A DNA stretch of 62,493 nt, counting the filler, from Dimorphilus gyrociliatus (lineage: Eukaryota; Animalia; Annelida): assembly GCA_904063045.1 (NCBI GenBank). It is 5 parts of 5 records of this genome, joined end to end, with 100 filler letters (N's around TTAATTAATTAA, not from the genome) between each part and the next. Parts side by side here need not be neighbours in the genome. Positions count along the whole stretch, not along the records: positions 35,198 to 52,925 come from CAJFCJ010000004.1; positions 53,026 to 61,006 come from CAJFCJ010000100.1; 3 more parts are not named here. One strand, written 5' to 3'. The stretch's first letter is position 1. The number at the start of each line of letters is the position of its first letter. Shown one piece after another: positions 45,801-59,134 of this stretch. The position numbers and the translations under genes were made by a program. Below the pieces are notes generated by a model that saw only the letters and a program-made list of their open reading frames with translations, was not told the origin of the DNA and did not search any database.

Positions 45801-48800
45801 TAGTACCAGTAGTGGTTCCTGTGGTTGTTCCAGTTGTTGTTCCTGTGGTTGTTCCAGTTGTAGTACCAGTAGTAGTTCCTGTGGTTGTTCCAGTAGTAGT
45901 ACCAGTAGTAGTTCCTGTGGTTGTGCCTGTTGTTGTTCCAGTAGTAGTACCAGTAGTAGTTCCTGTGGGTTGTGGTTCCTGTTGTGTTCCAGTAGTTGTT
46001 CCAGTAGTGGTTCCTGTTGTTGTGCCTGTTGTTGTTCCAGTGGTAGTACCAGTGGTAGTACCAGTAGTGGTTCCTGTGGTTGTTCCAGTTGTTGTTCCAG
46101 TAGTAGTACCAGTAGTAGTTCCTGTGGTTGTGCCTGTTGTGGTTCCAGTAGTGGTACCAGTAGTAGTACCAGTAGTAGTTCCTGTTGTTGTGCCTGTTGT
46201 TGTTGTTTCTAATAACAAATACATTTTTTAAACAAATTGAAAAAAGATATGCTTTAATTACCTTTCTCAACACAAGCAAGAACTTTAACCTTTGTTGAAA
46301 CAGCATTTTCTAAATTTTCTTTGTAGAAGGTTAAAGTAATTTTTGTTCCAAATGTTAAAGCAAACTTGTCTGGTAAAGTATCTGGTGTATAGCCATTAGC
46401 AGGTTGTATTTCTCCAGCAATATTTTTGACAATTAGGTTGTTGTTGTCCTTGTCAAAAATAGAAACTAATACTCTAGCAATATTGGTTGGTGAAACTAAT
46501 GAAACTCTGTCAATTTGAACATTTTCATCTTCAGAAACAGTAATAGAAACTGAAGGATTTGTGTCTGCTACACTTGTCCAGGGTGTTGCTGCACTAGGTA
46601 GAATATTTGTGGGAATGCCACTGGATGTTAGAATATCATCAGGTTGAATAATATTACTGTCATCCATGATTTCAGCACAGTATGTAGGTGTTGTTGTTGT
46701 TCCTGTTGTGGTTGCTGTTGTAGATGTTGTTGTTCCAGTAGTGGTTCCTGTGGTTGTTCCAGTTGTTGTTCCAGTTGTTGTTCCAGTAGTGGTTCCTGTG
46801 GTTGTTCCAGTTGTTGTTCCAGTAGTAGTACCCGTTGTTGTTCCAGTAGTTGTACCAGTAGTGGTTCCTGTTGTTGTGCCTGTTGTTGTTCCAGTGGTGG
46901 TACCAGTGGTAGTACCAGTAGTGGTTCCTGTGGTTGTTCCAGTTGTAGTACCAGTAGTAGTTCCTGTGGTTGTTCCAGTAGTAGTACCAGTAGTAGTTCC
47001 TGTGGTTGTGCCTGTTGTGGTTCCAGTAGTAGTACCAGTAGTAGTACCAGTAGTAGTACCAGTAGTGGTTCCTGTTGTTGTGCCTGTTGTTGTTCCAGTG
47101 GTAGTACCAGTGGTAGTACCAGTAGTGGTTCCTGTGGTTGTTCCAGTTGTAGTACCAGTAGTAGTTCCTGTTGTTGTTCCAGTAGTTGTACCAGTAGTGG
47201 TTCCTGTTGTGGTGCCTGTTGTTGTTCCAGTGGTAGTACCAGTAGTTGTACCAGTAGTAGTTCCTGTTGTTGTTCCTGTGGTAGTACCAGTAGTAGTTCC
47301 TGTGGTTGTTCCAGTAGTAGTACCAGTAGTGGTTCCTGTTGTGGTGCCTGATGTTGTGCCTGTTGTTGTGCCAGTAGTTGTACCAGTAGTGGTTCCGGTT
47401 GTTGTGCCTGTTGTTGTTCCAGTAGTTGTAGCAGTAGTGGTTCCTGTGGTTGTTCCAGTAGTAGTACCAGTAGTAGTTCTTGTTGTTGTTCCAGTACTAG
47501 TACCAGTTGTTGTTCCAGTTGTGGTGGTTTTTTCAAAGCATCCAAAAACTTCAAAATTCTTAATTGATAATGCTGATGATGTTTTTATTATTTTGATTAT
47601 GATAGAAGCTGTTTTTGATTCATCCATATCAAAGTTTATTATTTGTTGTCCTTCAGTGTCAAGAGTATATGTCTGAAATAAAGGATTAATTATTTGGAAA
47701 GTAAATTTTTTGTTTATACCTTTTGAATGCCTGTATCTATGAATGTTATTTCGACTTTTTGAGTTGTTGGTGATGTATAGCTAATGCTGTGATATATGAC
47801 ATTTTGTCCATTTGTTGTGAAAGTTAATTGTATATCATCTTCAGTTGTTAGGCCAACTTCATTGAAAAGGTTAGATGAGCTTTGGGAGGATGGCAATGTT
47901 AAGATTGCATTGTAGTTTTCCTGTTGCAGTGTTATTTCTTGGGGTATTTCGCAGACTGTAAAGAAAGAGGCTGTTTGTAAGTCTTTTGTTTTTAAAAAAG
48001 TTTACCCTTTTCTGTTGTGGTACTTGTTGTACTAGTTGTTGTTCCAGATGTTGTAGTTGTTGTTGTTGATGTTGTAGTTGCTGTTAAAAAGTATTTTTTT
48101 AAAGTTTACATGAAGGTTTCAATGTTTATATACACACTTATGATCTCATAGCAGGCTTTTACTGAAACTTCTTTTATTTCTTGTAATCCTCGATTATTAA
48201 CATTTGGATCTTGTTTAAAAAGAACACCAACTTTGGACACTTTGTATACATTTGATTGTATAAAGTCAATTGTAGTCAAAGCAAATTGGTCAGGAGATGT
48301 TGACATAACTTCTACAGTCTGAAAAACATTTCTCTTCATGTCTTTCAAGCAAAAACAATGTTAAATAGTAAATAATACCCTTTCATAGCCATTTGTGAAA
48401 GAAAATTTTATTTCCTTAACATATTTTGTTTGTAAGCTTATTTTTGAATAGGTAACTTTCTCCCCAAAAATTTCAAACACCATTTGAGTATTATCAGAAT
48501 TTTCAGCTACATACCCTAAGCCTCCTTTAATTATTTCATTTGAAGGTGATGATGAAAAGAAATTTGTTGCAGAAACTTCATGATTTGTTGAATCGTCACA
48601 AACTAAAAACAAAAACATTACCAATTGACTTTTTAGTATAAAAATCTAACCTTTAACTTTAAAACAAGCTTCAGGCCTCAGATCAATAATTTCTTGAACA
48701 CCTTTAACTACATCATCTTGCACAAGAGTAATTTCTACAGTGTCAATATTCTCAACCAAATACATATCAAAAAAGAATTGGGTTTCTGAAAAGCTATCTA

Positions 48801-51800
48801 GTGACTCTGCCACAACTTTTTCAAAGCTAATATTGTCACCAAATCTTACAATTACTTTTTTTGCATATTTTGTTTTTAACTTTATACTGCCAAAGGTAAC
48901 ATCATCTCCCACTACCATGAATGAGAAAGCTGTATCACTGCCAGAAGAACTAGCAACAAAACCATTTTCAGAATACACACTTCTTGTGATAGGATGCCCA
49001 TTTTCAGCAAATGATCCACCAGCTAATCGGACATTATAAAATCCAAGAGAAACAACTTCTCTCAAACTCGAACAAACTGAAATAAAACAAAATTAATCAA
49101 TCAAAACACACAAAACAAATTGTTCTCACCATTAACAACAGAGGTTGTTCCTGAAGTTGACCCTTCTGAGACAACAAAAAACAATCACGATATCAGATAC
49201 CATATAAAAAAACTTACCAGTAAACTGAGGGAATGTTGGTGTATATTCTTTTACTCTTGTCGTAGTAGAAACTGTTGTTGTTCCTGTTGTTGTACCAGTA
49301 GTAGTACCAGTAGTTGTTCCAGTTGTTGTTCCAGTTGTTGTACCAGTAGTTGTTCCAGTTGTAGTACCAGTAGTTGTACCAGTGGTTGTTCCAGTTGTTG
49401 TTCCTGTTGTTGTTCCTGTAGTAGTACCTGTAGTTGTACCAGTAGTTGTTCCTGTTGTTGTACCACTTGTGGTACCTGTTGTTGTTCCAGTAGTTGTACC
49501 TGTTGTTGTACCTGTAGTTGTACCAGTAGTAGTACCAGTAGTTGTACCAGTAGTTGTTCCAGTTGTAGTTCCTGTAGTTGTTCCTGTTGTTGTTGTCTCT
49601 GAATAAGGGTAGAAAAAAATTGAATATTTGTGCATAAATTTTTTGGTTTTTTTTAGGTTTAAACAAAATTAATTTACAAACCTTCCTCAGAACAAGCCAA
49701 TATTGTTACTTGTGTTTTTACTGGTTCATTTGGAATGACCTTTGTGAATGTTAAAGTGACTGTGGTAGCAAGTGTGAGACTGAATTTTTGTGGTAAATTG
49801 TCTGGTGAATAGCCTGTATCTGGTTGTTCAATTCCTTGTGAATCCTTAACAATTACATCATTGCCATCCTTATCAGTGAATCTGATTGTAACTTTTTCTA
49901 CATTGTCTGGTGATTTCAATGTAACTCTATCAATTTCAACATTATCTCCTTCAGATACTCTGATTGTGACTGTTGGGTTTTCATCATTTACACTTTCCCA
50001 TAATGTTGGAGAAGTTGGGATAATGTCTTGTGGATTTCCGCTTGATACTGTAATATCATCAGGTTGAATGACCTTGTCATCATCCATGATTTCTTGACAA
50101 TAAGTGACTGTTGTTGTTGATGGAGAGGTGGTTGTACCACTTGTTGTTCCAGTTGTTGTTCCAGTTGTTGTTCCAGTTGTTGTACCAGTGGTTGTTCCAG
50201 TGGTTGTTCCTGTTGTTGTTGTTTCTAAAAAGTAAGAATAGAGCACAAGTAGAAAATTTTACATTTTAAGAAAAAAATTTATATGCTGATTGATTAATGT
50301 AAAAATATATATAAATATATACATATCTATATATGTAAAATAAAAAACAAAAAGACAATTACCTGGTTTAACACAAGCAAGAATTTCCACTTTGGTTGTG
50401 ACTGGTGTATCTTTGTCAGTTTTGGTGAAGGTCAATGTTACTTTAGTGCCCTTTGTCAATGCTAGATTATCTGGTATATCATCTGGAGAATATCCATCTT
50501 CTGGTTGATCATTTCCATCAGAATCTTTAACAGGAACATCATTGCCATCCTTATCTGTGATAGTGATCTTCACTTTGTCAACATTTTCAGGATTTATCAA
50601 TGTTACTCTATCAATTTCTTCATCATCATTTTCAGATATTGTTACTGTGACAGTTGGGGTATCGTCATTATCACCACTTGTCCATGGTGTATTAGATTTT
50701 GGAATAATATCTGTTGGTGTTCCACTGCTAGTTTCAATATCATCAGGTTGAATAATGCTCTCTTCATCCATGATTTCTTGACAAAGTGTTGGTGTTGTTG
50801 TTGATGGTGTTGAAGTTGTACCACTTGTAGTTTTGGTTGTTGTACCAGTAGTTGTACCAGTAGTAGTACCAGTAGTAGTACCAGTAGTTGTTCCAGTAGT
50901 TGTACCAGTAGTTGTTCCAGTTGTAGTTCCTGTAGTTGTTCCTGTTGTTGTTGTCTCTGAATAAGGGTAGAAAAAAATTGAATATTTGTGCATAAATTTT
51001 TTGGTTTTTTTTAGGTTTAAACAAAATTAATTTACAAACCTTCCTCAGAACAAGCCAATATTGTTACTTGTGTTTTTACTGGTTCATTTGGAATGACCTT
51101 TGTGAATGTTAAAGTGACTGTGGTAGCAAGTGTGAGACTGAATTTTTGTGGTAAATTGTCTGGTGAATAGCCTGTATCTGGTTGTTCAATTCCTTGTGAA
51201 TCCTTAACAATTACATCATTGCCATCCTTATCAGTGAATCTGATTGTAACTTTTTCTACATTGTCTGGTGATTTCAATGTAACTCTATCAATTTCAACAT
51301 TATCTCCTTCAGATACTCTGATTGTGACTGTTGGGTTTTCGTCATTTACACTTTCCCATAATGTTGGAGAAGTTGGGATAATGTCTTGTGGATTTCCGCT
51401 TGATACTGTAATATCATCAGGTTGAATGACCTTGTCATCATCCATGATTTCTTGACAATAAGTGACTGTTGTTGTTGATGGAGAGGTGGTTGTACCACTT
51501 GTTGTTCCAGTTGTTGTTCCAGTTGTTGTTCCAGTTGTTGTACCAGTGGTTGTTCCAGTGGTTGTTCCTGTTGTTGTTGTTTCTAAAAAGTAAGAATAGA
51601 GCACAAGTAGAAAATTTTACATTTTAAGAAAAAAATTTATATGCTGATTGATTAATGTAAAAATATATATAAATATATACATATCTATATATGTAAAATA
51701 AAAAACAAAAAGACAATTTACCTGGTTTAACACAAGCAAGAATTTCCACTTTGGTTGTGACTGGTGTATCTTTGTCAGTTTTGGTGAAGGTCAATGTTAC

Positions 51801-52925
51801 TTTAGTGCCCTTTGTCAATGCTAGATTATCTGGTATATCATCTGGAGAATATCCATCTTCTGGTTGATCATTTCCATCAGAATCTTTAACAGGAACATCA
51901 TTGCCATCCTTATCTGTGATAGTGATCTTCACTTTGTCAACATTTTCAGGATTTATCAATGTTACTCTATCAATTTCTTCATCATCATTTTCAGATATTG
52001 TTACTGTGACAGTTGGGGTATCGTCATTATCACCACTTGTCCATGGTGTATTAGATTTTGGAATAATATCTGTTGGTGTTCCACTGCTAGTTTCAATATC
52101 ATCAGGTTGAATAATGCTCTCTTCATCCATGATTTCTTGACAAAGTGTTGGTGTTGTTGTTGATGGTGTTGAAGTTGTACCACTTGTAGTTTTGGTTGTT
52201 GTACCAGTAGTTGTACCAGTAGTAGTACCAGTAGTAGTACCAGTAGTTGTTCCAGTAGTTGTACCAGTAGTTGTTCCAGTTGTAGTTCCTGTAGTTGTTC
52301 CTGTTGTTGTTGTCTCTGAATAAGGGTAGAAAAAAATTGAATATTTGTGCATAAATTTTTTGGTTTTTTTTAGGTTTAAACAAAATTAATTTACAAACCT
52401 TCCTCAGAACAAGCCAATATTGTTACTTGTGTTTTTACTGGTTCATTTGGAATGACCTTTGTGAATGTTAAAGTGACTGTGGTAGCAAGTGTGAGACTGA
52501 ATTTTTGTGGTAAATTGTCTGGTGAATAGCCTGTATCTGGTTGTTCAATTCCTTGTGAATCCTTAACAATTACATCATTGCCATCCTTATCAGTGAATCT
52601 GATTGTAACTTTTTCTACATTGTCTGGTGATTTCAATGTAACTCTATCAATTTCAACATTATCTCCTTCAGATACTCTGATTGTGACTGTTGGGTTTTCG
52701 TCATTTACACTTTCCCATAATGTTGGAGAAGTTGGGATAATGTCTTGTGGATTTCCGCTTGATACTGTAATATCATCAGGTTGAATGACCTTGTCATCAT
52801 CCATGATTTCTTGACAATAAGTGACTGTTGTTGTTGATGGAGAGGTGGTTGTACCACTTGTTGTTCCAGTTGTTGTTCCAGTTGTTGTTCCAGTTGTTGT
52901 ACCAGTGGTTGTCCAGTGGTTGTTC
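42871..52925 (-). CDS. Multi-exon mucin-like gene A (3' part): (TTTG)n tracts alternating with discoidin-like domains, TSP1 repeats, TIL, cystine knot, Gly/Pro tail
   Basis: WSxWSxC..CxGG TSP1 motifs, TIL Cys patterns, cystine-knot exon ~43084-43360, stop at 42871-42873. Confidence 0.88.
45575..47520 (-). repeat. Coding (Thr-Thr-Thr-Gly)n 12-nt repeats in two exons (~45575-46205, ~46685-47530)
   Basis: Read directly; further shorter tracts at 49270-49600, 50130-50220, 50820-50955 and paralogues. Confidence 0.95.
49611..52925 (-). repeat. Tandem ~1358-bp exon-pair duplication, >=2.4 copies, introns included
   Basis: 190-aa ORFs at 49674 and 51032 identical; 137-aa part at 52391 identical; introns match bar a 1-bp indel. 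Confidence 0.95.
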
Positions 52926-53025
52926 NNNNNNNNNNNNNNNNNNNNNNNNNNNNNNNNNNNNNNNNNNNNTTAATTAATTAANNNNNNNNNNNNNNNNNNN
53001 NNNNNNNNNNNNNNNNNNNNNNNNN
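52926..53025. other. Artificial gap/linker
   Basis: N44-TTAATTAATTAA-N44. Confidence 0.97.
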
Positions 53026-55023
53026 AACTTGCGAATATGGATATTATCAGTGTAGGAAAGTAAACTATTGCATTTCTATAGAGAAAGTATGCGATAACGT
53101 TCCGCACTGTCCCTTGAATGACGATGAATACGATTGTGGTTGGTTGAACAATTGAATGACCTGCTTGAAAAAATCTATAAACCTATTTAAATATAAATTG
53201 TTATTTTGTAGTTAATTTCCATCCAAAAAACTACTTTAAATGCAGAAATGAAAGTTATTTTATCATGATTACAAAAGTTTGCGATGGAATCGTTAACTGT
53301 TTCCATGGAAATGATGAACTATTTTGTAAATATTCTCTGAAATGTCCAAACAAATGCGTCTGTCGACCAAAGTACTCAATGAACTGTTCTCAAAATCATT
53401 TCGATTTAAATAGCATTGATGGACATAAGAGATTGTTTATAGGCAAAATTGACAAACTAAGCATTGATTTTAAATTTGAATTAACTATAACAGTATTACA
53501 AATAGTTGATAGTAAATTGGAAATAACTCCAAATATTTCCAATCTTCCAAACGTTTTCCATCTGGATTTGAGAAATAATCGATTAAAGGCGATAAACTTT
53601 GAGAAGAGCAGTAAAAATTTGAATTTACAAAAGCTCTATTTGGCAAACAATCCAATTAAAATTTCTGATAAAAAGGCATTTAATCCTCTAATTCATTTAA
53701 TATATTTGGATATATCAAATACTAGAATCTTTCATATTACCAATTCTCCATTTTGGCATTTAAAGTCTTTAACTATTTTAAAAATGGCGAAATGTTATAT
53801 TAAATCAACTCCAAAAGCATTTTTAAATATGATTAATTTGAGAGAAATTCATTGGAATTCCACTAAAATTTCACCGGAACTGGTAACTGTTGAATTTGTT
53901 AAAACTTTGAAAAATGTTGAAAAAATCTATAGTGCAACTTTCAAATTATGCTGCCTTGCGAAAATTTACGTTATTAATTTGAAATACTGTTCACCTCGGC
54001 AATCTGATGTTCATTCTTGCAGTGACCTAATTCCGTCTGTCCTTTATAAATCTCTAGTTTGGATATGTGGAATTGTTGGCATTGCAGGGAATATTTTTGC
54101 AATATACTTTCATATTAAGGGAAATGTTGGGACTAATCAATTCTTCTATATACTCCTATCACTGGGAGATTTGTGCACTGGAACGTATTTCATTATAATC
54201 GGATCGGTTGATGAATTCTTTAGGAATAGATATATTCAGGAAGATTATCACTGGAGACACAGTATCATTTGCAGGATTACTGGATGTTTTATAAGTTTTG
54301 CAATTCTCCTCTCAAGTGTCAGTCTACTTGCCATTTCAATTGAAAGATACGTAACAATAGTGAAACCTTTTAACACTTATTTTCAAAAAAAAAAAGATAC
54401 TGCAATGTTTACTTTTGGCAATTATAGCGTTTTGCCTAGCGATCAGTCCACTAGCCCTCCATACTGTAAGTCATTCAATCATTCAATCATTCAATCATTG
54501 TAAAATTTTTAATGGTAGAATTTCTATTCAACTTCTTCCTTATGCTATTCCCTTCATATCAGAACAGAGAAATATGATGGATGGCTATATTCATTTCTAA
54601 TTTATGGAATCTTCATGATAGCAATTTCAATGACAGTAATTTTATTCTATATTCTTATTCTTATCTTTATAATTAGGACAAAAAGTATAACATCTGAAAA
54701 GAATTTCACTAAAAGATTGAGGAAGATTACTCAAACTTCATTCCTGATTGTGATAACAAATTTGAGTTGTTGGCTTCCTATATCAGTTTTAGGTCTATTT
54801 GGCAATGTTTTCTTATCTATTTAATCTTTAATTTTCTTATTATTTTCCATTTGAAGGCATTTTATCAAATGTAATTACAATAGAGATGACCAATGATATT
54901 TATACAATGTTCATTGTTAGTGTTTTGCCCTTGAATTGTATAGCAAATCCATTTATCTATTGTCTAGCGCATGTGAAATTGTATTTCAAAAAAAGAGCAA
55001 AAGAAATTTTGAAACCAATGTAA
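53026..55023 (+). CDS. GRL101/RXFP-like LDLa-LRR-7TM GPCR (5' truncated; frameshift at poly-A ~54385)
   Basis: CDGIVNCFHGNDE, LRRs, hinge CC..C..C.DL, GNIF, LSLGDLCTG.Y, IERY, CWLP, NPFIY. Confidence 0.88.
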
Positions 55024-56130
55024 GAATTGTTTTGACCTTCACCTTCCTCAATCATCTTTTCTTTTAGAGTAGTCCAACTAAATGAATTATTAAGGAAACA
55101 ATTTCCCAAAGGTAATCAAAGATGCTGAATTTTTTCAGATTTCTTACAGCTGTTTTTAGGTTTTTTGCTCTATACGAATCATTATCAATTTGGGATATAC
55201 TGCAATTCTGTAAAACGAGCTAGACGGCAACTAAAAGCTGATGCTCAATTTTTTGCAAAATGGCGGTTCTTATATTGTATTAAAAACATAGCTACAGCCA
55301 TATACTTTTGCCATTTTAATAATGTCTATCTTAAAGGCCATATCAATCAAAATCTGATATACTTCAAGATGGTAAAGGTTAGGGTAATATTTAAATGGAA
55401 AAATCATTTTTTTTAAATTTCTCAAATGTTTCAGGTAGGAGATAAGAAAGTCATTAGATATTATTTAAAGTTAGTTACAGTGGATGTATACAATAAATCG
55501 TCTATGAGCAAAGATATAGAAGCATTTGGATCTTTAATTAAAAAATTTCTAATTCAGAGAAATATTATCATTCAATAATATTTTTTTTTCTTGTTTATCA
55601 TCTTTAAAAGATAAATCTCTATTCAATTTGAATAAAAAAACAACAAATTATAGTATAATTACACTAGAAATATCTTCTGTAACATTTTTAAATTTGCAGT
55701 TGTAATACTGCAATAAGAAAACTAGTCGTAAAAGACATTTGTTAAAAAATGCAACACAACACGATTGATTGTTTATTCTTGATAATTCTATAAATAGCCC
55801 AGCTTCTTTAACATCTTTAGTTCTACAGTCATTTCCAACATCTAAAATAATGTTGTTGTTGTAAATTCTTATTTCAAGGACAATGGTTGTCTTTCTAAGA
55901 AATGGAAAGATTAAAAAGTTGAACAGTAATTGGTCCTACTAAATTATTATTAAAATCTTCCTCTCACCAACACTTACTTTCACAAGTATAAAGCTATTTT
56001 TTAAATTTTTAAATGAAATAAAAAGTTTCTGGCATTTGTCTAAAGAATGAAAAAAGTGAAAATTCAACATTAATAATCATAAATTAACCTCATTAGGTTA
56101 ATTTTGCCATGTAAAATTATATATGATGTT

Positions 56131-56400
56131 TCACAAATCATCTATCCTACAGAAAAAAATATTCACAACCATACACTCTATTTGCAGACAGAAACTTTTT
56201 CTCCTCTTGCAATTGTTCCCTTTAAGATCAGGTCTTTGTCTCACTCTCTTATACCTTAGATTTTGCCTTTTCAGCTCCCTCTGAATTGTTGCTAAGCTAA
56301 CATCTACTTCTAGTTCTTTTAAAACTTTTCCTGCTATCACCCTTTCCTTATTTCTTTTCAATTTCTTTATGATCCTATTCATCCTGTCTCTATCTCTCTC
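56131..56400 (-). mobile_element. Tc1/IS630 transposase N-terminal HTH relic
   Basis: VSLATIQRELKRQNLRYKRVRQRPDL..KRRKSFC. Confidence 0.65.
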
Positions 56401-56887
56401 AGTAACATTCTATCAAAAATTGATGGTCATACCTAAAAGGAAACCGTAATATACTTAATAAGAGATCAAAGATAGGATATAAGAATGAGTTTATTGACCG
56501 CTAACATATGCAAGTAGTAATATTTATATCTGTATTCGAGATTATAATAGTTATCAAATATTTAAAAAGTCTTTGTACACAATTAATTATTCATTAATCT
56601 ACTATTCTTTCTCTTTTACTAAAATAGTAAAATAGGTCAAATGAATGGAAAAGAATGGCATTTATAATAAATGGATTTAAGTTATGTAGATTCCAGTCGA
56701 AACTAAGTTCTCGCTTTGTAGTTGAAAAGACAAGTAATTTGAAATGTTAAGAAGAATATTTTTCCCAACTTTTTTCTTCATTCTACTAAATCAAATATCT
56801 TCGAATAGAATTTATATTGATAGAATGTGTAATAATGGAATTTATTATCTATCTAAAGTTTTGTAACTTTAATTTCATTTTTTTCCA

Positions 56888-57887
56888 GTTTGCGATACAT
56901 TTATTGGTCAGAAGAATGTAAGATTGGTTAATATGGAAGCTATTTCGGTAACGCAAAATTTGGAATTGAATGATTGTATTCAATCTTTCCTCGCCAGTAA
57001 TGTTCACACGAGTGTTGAATACAATGAAATATCGAAAGAGTGTCGCAAAAAGGAATTTGGTTCTTATGGATATAACTTAACAGTTGAAGAAGGAACTTTA
57101 TATTATACTAAAATTGTCAATAAAGGTAAAATTATAAGTGAAATATTTGTGAAAATCTAGATAAAAACTCTTTTAAAAAGGTTCCGAGACTTGGAAAGAT
57201 TTACCCGGAAAAATGATAAGTTCTTGTCAGCCTTGCGTTATACTAGATAATTTTCATTCCACCGATTTAGCGACATGTAAAGAAGAATGTCTAAAACATA
57301 AAGATTGCCTTTCAATAAACAAAGAAAGCTCAACTGAAAGTTGTACTTTTTTCTCTTTAGTTGCAATCCCTGGTGGTTTACTCGGTTACGATGGTAGATC
57401 TCATCATCAAAAACGAAATCCCCTAAGTAAACCGGAAATACTTTTCTAATAAAATATAATTTATTAAATTGTGTTTTGTTTTCTAGCATTATTCAATATT
57501 TCTACGGAGAATATCTGCCCCGAATCACAAACAGAGTTTATTAAATCAATTGGTGATGGAATTATTGAATGTCCATTAAAAAAAATCTCTATCCCAGCAA
57601 ATTTTCAAATCAAATATACATCTGACAAAATGATTAATGGAAAAATACAAATTTCTATCTATATAATGGAAAATGACGATGATAAATGTTCAAATATTGT
57701 CGTTTTAAACAATCCAAATATTCAAATTCAAATGTGTAATACGGAAATGAATGAAAAGAGTTTCTGTAAATTTGTGTGTGAAGGAGATGATTATAATGAA
57801 ATTATTATTAAAAGTTTATCACCTGCAAATATTTTTTGTGAAATTCAAATTTTGTCCGAAGATGGAATGAATAATGTTTGTATGTAA
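56888..57887 (+). CDS. Small multi-exon PAN/Apple-domain protein (approximate exon structure)
   Basis: CKEECLKHKDCLSINKESSTESCTFF PAN-like Cys spacing; short GT-AG introns link three ORFs. Confidence 0.5.
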
Positions 57888-59134
57888 AAGAATCTTTCTT
57901 GAAATACATTTTCAATGAATTTATTAGAAATTTCAAGACTAGATTTTAGATTGAGAAATTGTTAGGGTGCAGAAGACAGCAACCAATTTGTACTTAGGTA
58001 GGGCTAATGGAATAGGTTTTACCCGCTCCAGAGTTATGCAATCAGTAATAAAACACAAATAACAAAGCTAAAATGTATGTATAAGAGACGATTTCAGCAG
58101 AATAGCCAGACAGATAATACCTTATGTCTGAATAATTTAAAAACAATTCCAGAACTAGCTCATTTCTATTTTCTAATGCTCGTAATAGAAAAAAACAATT
58201 ATTTAGGCCTAGTAAAGAATAATTTTACACAGCCTGATTATTTCGTCTTTGCAGTTGTCTATTAATAATAAATAGTACATTGGAACAATTACATTTTTAA
58301 AATTTAACCAGTTGATAAGGTCCCCAGGCTAATTGAAAGGGTCCGCAAACCAGTTGAGAGTGTCTGCATATCGATTAGATATCTCTGACAGAAAAATGGA
58401 TTATATATTAAAATTGAATACGTTTTTGCAGCTGACTTTTCAGAGTTAATTTTGAAACTGCAATAAGATCAATTTCTCCAATTGTTTGGAAATTATTAGA
58501 TATAACTTTTATTTGTTCTGTCAATAGAAAGCGAGAACTTAATTTCCATACGTTTCCTTTATATTTACATAAACATGACGTAACAATTGGTCTTTAAGGA
58601 TTTACTTTTACATTCTGAAGATTTACTAAACGTATTTTACTTTAATTTTTGAATACTACTCTGTCTTTAGGGAATGTTTTAGAGAGTACGCTTAATTTGA
58701 AACTAAAAAAATTTTCAAGTCTTTGAAATGGTTTTGCCTTAGCTATTTTTCGCTTCACTTCCGCTTAGACGTTTTTCCGTCGATCCTCCGTATGACGCAA
58801 AGTTTAATTAAACTCATATAACAAAAGTCAATTAAGCAACTCAACATTTTGAGTCAATAAATTTAGTACAGAAATTTTATTATAAAAGAAACAAACTATC
58901 TTAATCTGATAAAAAAGAAACTTGCACAATTATGCTGAAATATTAATTTATCACTAAAAATCAAAGACTATGGTAGCTTGGATATAGGATTATAATTCAG
59001 ATAAGATAAACAGTAGTTAAGATTTGTTTTCTATCAAGCATACTATTCTTTAAAGATAAGGGAATTGATAAAAAACTTTATATAAACAGCTAACAAAATC
59101 AACAAATCTAGTTAGCTGTAAACTTAGATATAAT

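Noticed and set aside
45960-45990. QQEPQP interruption of the TTTG tract
   Set aside because: Compensating indels in a low-complexity repeat; likely a sequencing error
45575-52383. Long (VVVP)n, (YWYY/NNNR)n, (QQLL)n and (SSCC)n ORFs
   Set aside because: Antisense and alternative frames of the (TTTG)n coding repeat
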